A DNA stretch of 63,649 nucleotides, filler included, from Aduncisulcus paluster (taxonomy: Eukaryota), in the NCBI GenBank assembly GCA_024181965.1. It is 6 parts of 6 records of this genome, joined end to end, with 100 filler letters (N's around TTAATTAATTAA, not from the genome) between each part and the next. Parts side by side here need not be neighbours in the genome. Positions count along the whole stretch, not along the records: positions 43,959 to 49,108 come from BQXS01012449.1; positions 49,209 to 59,663 come from BQXS01012450.1; 4 more parts are not named here. The stretch is one strand, 5' to 3'. Position 1 is the first letter of the stretch. Every line of letters starts with the position of its first letter. This document shows positions 46,313 to 55,707 of the stretch, one piece after another. The notes under the pieces are model-generated. The model did no database searches. It had not been told where the DNA came from and saw only the letters and a list, made by a program, of their open reading frames with translations. A program made the translations under genes and the position numbers.

Positions 46313-47229
46313 CCAAGAATTCTTAGTTTTTGTTATCTTCCTTCTTGCTATCACAGGATCCTTTAATTCCTTTTAAATCACACTGTAGCATTGTAATTAT
46401 TTCTTTTCCTTCCATAATCCTTGTTAAAATTAGCAATTTCCTCATTCCCTTCCCCCCTCCCCTTCTGGGGAATTATTATGGGTAATATTTCTCAGAAATA
46501 TTATAAAATTGCTAAATAATCTTCCTTAACCTCATTAATTCCTTAATAAACCTTTCAGTCTTTTGATATGTATTTTCACCTCGTTTTCTTCTGATATGAA
46601 ACTATGATCTGTATTGTATACTTCAAATTCCTCCTTTAATTGGCTTATCTGATGTTTTTCCTTACTTTCCTGTCTTTCTTTTCATTTCATTTCTCGTTCT
46701 TACTATTATTTCCGGTTTTTCTCCCGAGATATATCATTACGTATTAATAATATGTCATTCCTTGTAGCATTTTAATACTTAAAGTATTTTTCTTGCTGTT
46801 TTCCCAATTTCCCCTTTTATCTCTTTTATCTTACTAAAGTCCCTTCTTATATCTGTTAATTCTTACCATTTGTTCCCTTTCTGTCCTTAATTTATCATTA
46901 ATCCACCTTTTATAACCTTAATTAAGACCGAAAATAACTTCTGGAGTAGGCCTCGAAAACGGCATTAGATTTGCTCTACGGCGAAGTCGGTTTTTCAGAT
47001 CATCCTTCTTAACTAAAATAAATAACCAAATCAGTAAATCTCTTCCTTATCGGTCCTATTCCTCCCACCTATGAGGGTTTCTTAAAATTCGAAAGTTAAT
47101 TTTGGCCTTTTATCGGATAAAAACTCGAATATAAATTTCTTTATTAAAACTTTATATTTTCTACTCAAATGCTGTTCTACATGATTTAATTCATTACTAA
47201 AGGTATTCCAACCATATACATTGTGTTTT

Positions 47230-49107
47230 TCATTCTCCTAACTTTATATTTGCCAGCTTTTTGTCTATTTTTCCTTTCAAGGCCTTATTCTTCTCTAAAT
47301 AAACTTCTAAAGCCTCACAATCTTTGACCGTAGGGAAATATTCCCAAGTATTATGTTCCTCGTCATAATCTCTCCATTTCACAAGAAATTTAAGAGGTAA
47401 TTTACCTCCATGTCGATGTCTAATGATTTTTTCGACTGAATATTCTTCTTCGTCTTTCCCATTGATTTCTATAATCTTTTCTTTGGGAATGAAATCGTCT
47501 TTTTGATATTTCACCATCCTTCGAGTAGCAACCTCTTCTTTTTCGCCTCCTTTAATTGGAATGACCGTATAACTATGGTCGTTCACTTTTTCTGACACGG
47601 TGTATGGTCCTAGGAGTTTTGCGTGTTCTTTCTTGCCCTCCTTTGTTCTTTTCAGAAGAATTTCTTCCCCTTCTTCAAATTCCAATGGTTTCTTCGACGT
47701 TTTTTCTGTTTTGTCATCGGTATGTCTTATATGTTCATCAATTTCCTTTCTGTCTTCTCTTCTTGTTATGATTTCTCTATGGAATGCCGATCTTTCCGTT
47801 TCCATGAGCTCAGTTGTCCTAATGAACATTGCCTCGAAGGGTGATACCTCCGAGCGTGAATTTAACCTCCCATTCATTGTTTTCATAGCATAGTCGGCAA
47901 ATTCGGGCCAATTTCTCTCCTTTTCCATTAACCAGATCCTTTGCAACTTCCTGATTTCTCTGTTGAATCTCTCAGCTCTACCATTCTCTTCATGGTTGTG
48001 TGGGAGAGCTATCTTATGTGAGATTTTCCTTTCCTTCAGCCATTTTTCGGTTGGTGCTGCAATATACTGCCCCCCGCCGTCAGTCCTTAATCTGACCGGG
48101 GTACCCAGAATTGCAAAGCAGTTTCGAAAGCAAGTTATTGCTTCTTCCGCCGAAATTCCTTTTGTTGGTCTTATGAAGATAAATCTGGAGAAGTCATCAA
48201 CGATCACAACTAAGTACTTGAATCCTTGTTCATCTTCGGTGAAAGGTCCGATTGTATCCGCTGATACGCACTGCCAAGTACCGAAAGAGCGTAAGGTCCC
48301 ATGGCCGTGGGGCTTAGGGTTCTTCAATTTTTGGCAATAGATACAGCTGTTTACGACCTTGTTTAATTTCTTCTGCAGTTTGTCGATCTTAATCTCCTCC
48401 TTTTTCAAAGTTTTCTGTATAATGTCCTTTCCTGCATGACCCAATTCCCCATGTAATTTTCGTAAGGTCTTCAAATCTTCCTTATCCTCCTCAACTTCCA
48501 CCACATTAATCTCCACTGTCTCCTGGGCTCCAGCCCGTGACAAGAAATCTGCAAAACCATTCGTTTTGCCCATAATGTGTTTAATAATAAAGTTGAAAGG
48601 TTCTAATTGTAGTCTCCACCTTATCAGTTTTGGAACTAACGACTTATGTAAAAACATTAAATTCCTATGATCAGTTTCCACTGTGAATTCCTTACCAATC
48701 AATAAATACTTATTTTTTACTATCGCATAAACTACTGCGAAGCATTCCTGTTCTATTGTCGTCCAGTTCATTTCTGTTTTGTTGAACTTTTTGGAGAATA
48801 ATGAGACTAATTCTTCCTTTTTATTTCCTTGTTTTTTCTGCCAAATTCCACCCCCAATTCCCTTCGTTGAGCCATCAGTTCTCACGATAAATTCTGCTTG
48901 TTTACATGGATGGTGCAGTCTTATTCTCCTATGGACTCTTGTTTTTAGTTCCTTTAAAGCTTCATCCTGGTCCTTCCCCCAGTCTACTTTTTCTGTCTTT
49001 GACGATAATAAGTCTGTTATCGGACTTGCTATTCTTGAGTAATCCGGTATAAATTCTCTAATGTAATTTAAACATCCGATAAGTTTCTGTACTCCTTTTT
49101 TGTTGTA
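47230..49107 (-). CDS. pol: Ty3/Gypsy (chromovirus-type) Pol: RT thumb/connection, RNase H, HHCC integrase (DDE), chromodomain; 5' part beyond the scaffold end
   Basis: Frame open to 49107 (VQKLIGCLNYIREFIPDYS); TDGS...EQEC...TDH...ADFLSR; H..LGH...C..CQ; D..GP, TDGG, NGRAER; YSVEKII...FLVKW..Y..EHNTWE. Confidence 0.95.
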   Translation of the reverse strand, partial: YNKKGVQKLIGCLNYIREFIPDYSRIASPITDLLSSKTEKVDWGKDQDEALKELKTRVHRRIRLHHPCKQAEFIVRTDGSTKGIGGGIWQKKQGNKKEELVSLFSKKFNKTEMNWTTIEQECFAVVYAIVKNKYLLIGKEFTVETDHRNLMFLHKSLVPKLIRWRLQLEPFNFIIKHIMGKTNGFADFLSRAGAQETVEINVVEVEEDKEDLKTLRKLHGELGHAGKDIIQKTLKKEEIKIDKLQKKLNKVVNSCIYCQKLKNPKPHGHGTLRSFGTWQCVSADTIGPFTEDEQGFKYLVVIVDDFSRFIFIRPTKGISAEEAITCFRNCFAILGTPVRLRTDGGGQYIAAPTEKWLKERKISHKIALPHNHEENGRAERFNREIRKLQRIWLMEKERNWPEFADYAMKTMNGRLNSRSEVSPFEAMFIRTTELMETERSAFHREIITRREDRKEIDEHIRHTDDKTEKTSKKPLEFEEGEEILLKRTKEGKKEHAKLLGPYTVSEKVNDHSYTVIPIKGGEKEEVATRRMVKYQKDDFIPKEKIIEINGKDEEEYSVEKIIRHRHGGKLPLKFLVKWRDYDEEHNTWEYFPTVKDCEALEVYLEKNKALKGKIDKKLANIKLGE

Positions 49108-49208
49108 TNNNNNNNNNNNNNNNNNNNNNNNNNNNNNNNNNNNNNNNNNNNNTTAATTAATTAANNNNNNNNNNNNNNNNNNNNNNNNNNNNNNNNNNNN
49201 NNNNNNNN

Positions 49209-49710
49209 CAGTTAAGGCCTGTTTCATTACGAACGTCAAATCATCCTTCTTCCCGGCAGTTTTGGCCTCAGAAGAGACGCGATCGGCCAATCTGGGAATC
49301 TTTATCCCCGCAATAAAACGTTTCACAAGGGATTCGCCGTCACCAAAGTCCGGATTCAGTTGAACAGTCTCCTTAAACCTGGCGATGTAATAAATCAGTT
49401 TTGATTGATCTAATACCGAAAGAGACAGTTTATCTAGCTCGTCAAAGAAGGCTTGAGTTGATGTTGATCCAAACTTCTGATCCAAGAGCTTCTTTAGTTC
49501 ACCGGCTTCAAACCCCTCTGACGTGTCTGAGATGCCAGCAGTTAAGAAAAGGGTTTCCAGTAAACACGGTTCAATAAGGGTAATCCAGCTGGCCTGGCCA
49601 CCGCGGGCCTTGTACACGGCAAATTCTCGATGGAACAGAAACCAGGATTTCCGATCGAATTTCTTCAAAAAAGGTGCTGCTAATAGCACGCTGTTTCCAT
49701 TTGTACTCAT
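49209..49710 (-). CDS. Gag-like ORF (partial); probable start is the ATG at 49710
   Basis: W..F..EFAVYKARGG..SW..LIEP and KRFIAGI motifs; begins 17 nt after the LTR. Confidence 0.7.
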
Positions 49711-49727
49711 AGCAAGAGTATTAATAC

Positions 49728-49797
49728 TGTTAACTTGGTACAATTTATTAAAGTAAATCGGAGCAATATAATCTATAAATAGAACATGAGAAATACA
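49728..49797 (-). mobile_element. 5' LTR (70 bp)
   Basis: TGTATTTCTCATGTTCTATTTATAG...AATAAATTGTACC...AACA, then GTATTAATACT. Confidence 0.82.
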
Positions 49798-50331
49798 TGT
49801 AAAAACGATAACAAACAATAACAGTATTCAAGGATTCTGACCCTACCTCTACCTCTACAGAAGTAGTTACTTTTGTCTTGGACACTGTCATCACTGCCGT
49901 CCCCACGCCTGTTATGGGAGGCTTGGATACGATTGGAATGTGGTTTAACAGTTCATTTTACACGGCCTCGATAGCTTCATCATCCGTTGATGTAGTTAAC
50001 ACTAATTATAGTGGAATATTCCATGCCATGTTCCTTGACCTGTCCTTATCTGATTCCTTGAATGAGTGGGCCACCGAAATGACCTATAATTTCCCGCTGC
50101 AGTCTACTTTCTTGAGGATTAACCCTCAGATGTGGTATGGAGATTGTTATTTTGCTATTCTCATGACTTATCAACTAGCTACTACACGTCAGCTTGAAGA
50201 ACGTCAGCTTGCTCTGGATGCTCTTCGTGGGTCTTCTTATTCATTCACTGATCATAGATATGGTGATGACACTAGCATATGTCTGGATTAGTAGTTCTTA
50301 TCTTTACTTTGGCAATGGATACTAACTAAGT

Positions 50332-50333
<2 letters not shown>

Positions 50334-50368
<35 letters not shown>
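50334..50368. repeat. (AG)n microsatellite
   Basis: About 17 perfect dinucleotide units. Confidence 0.95.
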
Positions 50369-50372
<4 letters not shown>

Positions 50373-51232
50373 TTAATTAAATTAATTATTCATTTATTTA
50401 ATTTGTCCACCTAAACATCTATATCCATACGTGGAATCTTTATTCAAATTCATTTTATATAAAATCATATTTTTTTATATTTTTATTTTATTTTTTATTT
50501 TTTTTTGGGAATTCGTAGTCACTTCAAAAACAAATGAAAATGGGATGAACAAAAAGGGGAATTCACTGAAAAAAGAAAGAAAAGATGTCAAACAAATCAG
50601 GTTGAATATGAGTTTTTTTAGAATATTTTTATCTTTCTTTCTTTCTTCTTCTCTCTTTTTTTTTTTTTACGTTCTGTTATTTTTTATAATAATAGTTACA
50701 GTATAGTTTTAGATTTTAGAGTTTTGTTTTCGTTCTGCTATCGCGGTCTTCATCCAGAATTTCCAAAATAATTTTAAAAAAAAAATTAAAAATTAAAAAA
50801 AAATTAAAAAACAACAACCAAAATGTTACACAGATTCATATTATTACTATCACTTTATTATTATTCCTTTTAATGTACTTTTTATCTCTTTTCTTCTATA
50901 TTTTACTTTCATTTCTTAACTATTCCATTTGATTTGCCCTCAAATGTTAATTTTCAACTTAGATTGGCATCGTTTGTTCTTTCTCATTTTGAAAATCAAA
51001 CAATAATTTATATTCTTTTAGATAATGCAACGTTGGAAGTTGTGTGTCGAATTTTTTTATTATTGGGCATGATAAATAAACCAACGTTGTTCTGACAGAA
51101 TATTTATGTGGAACCTTTAATATTGATAAAATAAAAACAATAATCATATATTTGCTTGTTTTATTGTGTTATAAATTTAATTTGAGATCTATATGTGTGA
51201 ATTTTTAATCTTGCAAACGTCAATGTTTTAAA

Positions 51233-52273
51233 ATGGCAATTGAACCATCAATGGATCCTCTTCAAAGAGGTAAATGTCCGAAATATATATCTAGATCTGC
51301 TCTTATTCGCATTGTGGCTGCAGGTGAAGAAATATTATCTCATTTACCACCTCAAGTGTTTTCAAAATACATAGAGGCTAAAGAATGCATAATTGATACC
51401 TATGAAGAAGAAGAAGATCCTATAAATTATAGTTGCGTTGCTGATATTTCATTTATTCCCCCTGTAGGGTGTCCTAAGTTTGTTCAAACTGAAGAAGTCT
51501 CTGTGAGTTCAATTTCAAAAGATGACAAGGAAAAGGATGAACCTAGAACACAATATGAAGATAAATATCAATTATTACTCCGAAACCTTGTTTTAATTGC
51601 CTCAGATTTAAAAGAATCCGTTTCTATCATTCCTTCTGAATTTCGTAAATCTCCCTCGAGTGATAAGGCTATTTCTGTATCTTCAACAAGCCCATTAATT
51701 TCATTACCCGACCAACCATCTTTATGTGATTCCCTTTCTATTATCTTATCTGATATTTCAAAAAGCTCATCCATGATATCTTCATCTTTAAAACCAATAA
51801 TTTCAAAACTGAGGATTGATAAATCGAAATATGCGAAAAACACAAATCTTCTGAAATCTAAACTCCATTATATTGAGGAAAAATATTCATCTCTCAATTC
51901 TAAATATAAAACTCTGGGTGCAAAATGTGCAAAGGTTGAAAATCAGAAAGATCATTTTAAAAAGCAATATGATATTAAAGAAAGTGAACTTGAACGCGTT
52001 AAATGTGATATTATTGAAAAGGACGCAAAGATCAAAGAGTTATTAGAAGCCATGAAAGAAATGGGATCTAAAATCCAACAAAAGATGAGCCGAATGAAAG
52101 ATTTATATAAAAAGGAAATAGAGAGACTAAAAATAGATCTTACCTCAAAAATTGGATTTATAAAGACATGTATCGATAAATTGAAACATTTTGAGAAGAA
52201 ATCGATATCTCAAGAAGCTCTGATAAGATCTCTTCAAATCCAAGCACAAATTGAATCTTCATTGCATTTATAA
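51233..52273 (+). CDS. Hypothetical protein with C-terminal coiled coil
   Basis: 346-aa ATG ORF with a K/E-rich heptad region. Confidence 0.65.
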   Translation: MAIEPSMDPLQRGKCPKYISRSALIRIVAAGEEILSHLPPQVFSKYIEAKECIIDTYEEEEDPINYSCVADISFIPPVGCPKFVQTEEVSVSSISKDDKEKDEPRTQYEDKYQLLLRNLVLIASDLKESVSIIPSEFRKSPSSDKAISVSSTSPLISLPDQPSLCDSLSIILSDISKSSSMISSSLKPIISKLRIDKSKYAKNTNLLKSKLHYIEEKYSSLNSKYKTLGAKCAKVENQKDHFKKQYDIKESELERVKCDIIEKDAKIKELLEAMKEMGSKIQQKMSRMKDLYKKEIERLKIDLTSKIGFIKTCIDKLKHFEKKSISQEALIRSLQIQAQIESSLHL

Positions 52274-52340
52274 AAGGTATTTTTACAAGAAAATTTTCAA
52301 TACACTCATATCTCTTGTCCCTCATATTTTTTTTTTTTCT

Positions 52341-53763
52341 ATGTTCTTCATTACTCATGAGTCAATAGTATCGACCCCTTTAACTGGAGTGGTTTATGAT
52401 ATGCATTGTCATTCTTTGAGTGCTTCTTATATACACACTGTTGTCACTCCCTTTAATGTGTATGGTCTCCAACAAGCTCATGAAGGAAAGAATATTCGTG
52501 AATTGTGTTGGAACTTTAATAACTCGGAGTGGTGGTTTAGTCTAGATGATCACAAAGAATGGATTCATCCAGGATTATTGCTATCTCCATATTCACAAGA
52601 ACAAATACACGGCAATGGTGAAGATAAGTCCTCTGGAGGTATGCGGAATCCAGTTTCCCCCACCCCGATGTTATCTGTGACTCTTGCCATGAATGCCAGA
52701 AAGAGTCGTAAGCTAACCTTACCAGCCCCTCATCTTCCTCCTCTCTCTTCTCTCTCTTCTTCGTTACCCCCATCGCTTGAGTATACTCTCACTTTAGCTG
52801 TTGATGATGTACTGTTGAAGAAATTCCAGTCGTGGAGAGGTGAAGTTACACATTGGAATGTTTATGCGTCTCCAACAAGCTCATGAAGGAAAGAATATTC
52901 GTGAATTGTGTTGGAACTTTAATAACTCGGAGTGGTGGTTTAGTCTAGATGATCACAAAGAATGGATTCATCCAGGATTATTGCTATCTCCATATTCACA
53001 AGAACAAATACACGGCAATGGTGAAGATAAGTCCTCTGGAGGTATGCGGAATCCAGTTTCCCCCACCCCGATGTTATCTGTGACTCTTGCCATGAATGCC
53101 AGAAAGAGTCGTAAGCTAACCTTACCAGCCCCTCATCTTCCTCCTCTCTCTTCTCTCTCTTCTTCGTTACCCCCATCGCTTGAGTATACTCTCACTTTAG
53201 CTGTTGATGATGTACTGTTGAAGAAATTCCAGTCGTGGAGAGGTGAAGTTACACATTGGAATGTTTATGCGTCTCGAAGAATGACGTCGTTGTGTAAGGA
53301 ATTGGCTGTCAGTGCAAACGAACGTGGGAGCTGGAGATGTTCGTGTTGTTATGAAAAATGGATGCCTTGTTCACATTTTGCTGGCACTTCCATGATGCAG
53401 ACAAAGTCTTCTTCCAGTGTCTCTCCTTCCCTTTTCTCGGGCTCTTCTGGGGTTAGGTCTCACACGATGTATGATCCATATTCGTATTTGTTCTCTTCTC
53501 TCCAACCCCCAGCATCGTCTTCTTCGCTGTCTACAATGATTTCGAAGAGGTTATCGCCATTGCTATCCTCGTTCAACATTCATGCGTTCTCCATGTCGTT
53601 GCCATTCACAGACATCAACGCACTTGCACAAACACTTAAGGAAACAAACATTCACACGATTAGAGGGGAGGAAATAGAATTTGCACTCGGCATTCATGTT
53701 CAGGTCTTGTTCGAAGGTGTCATGTGGGTGTGGATAATGCCTGCAGTATTGAATCCGAAATAA
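52341..53763 (+). pseudogene. CC2D2A: CC2D2A/MKS6 (CEP76-related) C-terminal fragment, frameshifted by a 403-bp tandem duplication
   Basis: LLKKFQSWR...THWN, SLPFTDINAL...TNIH...IEFALGIHV...MWVWI match the CC2D2A C-terminus as I recall it; the N-terminal bulk is absent. Confidence 0.7.
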
Positions 53764-54305
53764 CAACAAGGGTTGACACGTTTCCAAGTTTGAATTTACA
53801 ATTTATTTATTTTTATAAAACGTTTACTAAATGTTATAGTCTATAAATAAATGCCATTTAAATCAGTGATTTATATCTATTATATATTTCCCAGAATGAT
53901 GAAGAAAGAAGAGACAAAAGAAGAATCAAGATCGAGATCTTGGCAATAATATGTGAACGTAACCATACCATCATGTCATTATGGCATTATTCATGATGAT
54001 ATGTCATAAGACGTGAATTACAAATATACAGCATACTTTAGTGGAAGGATATGACTGAAGACATATAAATATTGGTCTCTTCAGGATAGTTCCTGATATA
54101 GGCTCTATCAAATCAATGGATAATGGATTGTGGCCCCGTCTATGCTAAACTAAACATTCTTCAGAATTTTCATCCGGTTAAATATCAATAAAAAGGGGAC
54201 ATATAATACATAAATATTTCCAACAATTTATAACTCTTGCAAATTGAATGGATTTCTGAATTGATCGTTTTACAGCTGCAATTGTACAACCATCATTTTT
54301 TCTGC

Positions 54306-54689
54306 ATGCATACAGTGGCCATTTTGGGTGCGTCTGACAATATTTCACGGTATTCCTACATGGCTGTGGACCTATTATCCAAAGCTGAAGAAGGATATCA
54401 TGTTATCCCAATTAACCCTGCCAAGAAGGTAATCTGTGGCTTGCAGAGCGTGGCTACCCTGGATGATGTCTCTGAGAAAATCGATACTCTATCCGTCTAT
54501 GTCAAGCCTTCAATCTCAACCCATATATCAGACCAGATCCTACGATCCCATCCTTCAAGGGTCATCTTCAATCCAGGGACAGAGAACCCGTCGTTAATGG
54601 AGAAATTGTCTGCCGATGGAGTGAAAGTCATTGAAGCTTGCACGCTTGTCCTTCAAAAATCGAAACAATTCCTGCGAGAAGATTTGTAA
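54306..54689 (+). CDS. Stand-alone CoA-binding protein (YccU-like), 127 aa
   Basis: VAILGASD...RYSY.A...L...GY.VIPINP and RVIFNPGTEN...EACTLV; intronless. Confidence 0.9.
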   Translation: MHTVAILGASDNISRYSYMAVDLLSKAEEGYHVIPINPAKKVICGLQSVATLDDVSEKIDTLSVYVKPSISTHISDQILRSHPSRVIFNPGTENPSLMEKLSADGVKVIEACTLVLQKSKQFLREDL

Positions 54690-55707
54690 CCTCCACTATG
54701 ATTGTGGTGATGATGATTTATTATTTATGTTAGTGTTCTTGGCATTACTATTATTATTATTATCATTATTATTTATCATATCTCAGTTTATACCAGTTTA
54801 TAGATATCTTTACATGGCGTTGCACTGCCTTTGTTCATCTCTGGAGTGATTGGGGGTTTGTTTTTATGTGTTGTGATCAAAGGCAATTCATGTCTTCACT
54901 TTTTGTTGACAACATTTCAATTTCTTGTCATATTTGAAAAGGACTTCCTCAAGGAACTCGATTCGTTCATAATCGGATCCTTCGAATGCAAGGGCTTCGT
55001 CGATCGAAATAAATCGTTCCTTTTCAACCTTGCTCTGCCTTTCTACCTCTGTCAAATGCTTAAGCCTCTCCTCAATCCGACGGTTTTCGAGCTCTTGTGA
55101 TGTCATGCGATCGATTGAAATGTGGTGAAAGAGAAAAGTGTTGTCATATTCGGAAAGATTGAATTCTGCTTCCTCCTTTGAATCGAACAATAATGCAATT
55201 TCAACCTCTCTAAGAGCAGGAATCTCCACATATATCCGTTGAAAACCACCTCTACAATCAACTGTGACATCGGATATCTTAACTTCTTTTTGTCCACGAG
55301 TTCCACAAAATACAAAAATAGATACAGCAGAATTTATTTGTAAATCGATCGTAATAGAGAATTGAATCTCAAAATCTTCAAGAATTGTAATTTTTTTTAA
55401 CGAAACAAAAGAACTGTTCTTTTAAAGAACAAAGAATGCACAAACTATATGCATAAAAGAAGAGGAAATTTCCCTCACTAATTGTCAATTGCAACCCCAC
55501 AAATATTCAAGTTTGGAAAGGAATTAAGTGATTTATAAATGAAACATGATAAACAATTTTGAAAACCAATGAGTTTGGACAATAAGAAAACAACGAAATG
55601 AATTATCTGGTTTGAAATTTTTTGTTTTATCGAACTTCGAAAAAGACACGGAATGTTTTAGATATTGCATTCACCAAAAATAATACGAAAAAATATTTTA
55701 AGAAACA

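Noticed and set aside
46741..46790. Partial matches to the PBS palindrome (GTATTAATA, TTAATACT) in the 3' UTR
   Set aside because: 8-9-nt AT-rich matches are expected by chance in this composition.
49878..50291. 137-aa ORF and other short ORFs (13440-13676, 39992-40255, 41258-41584, 54888-55315)
   Set aside because: Possible gene fragments, but no recognisable motif or reliable start.
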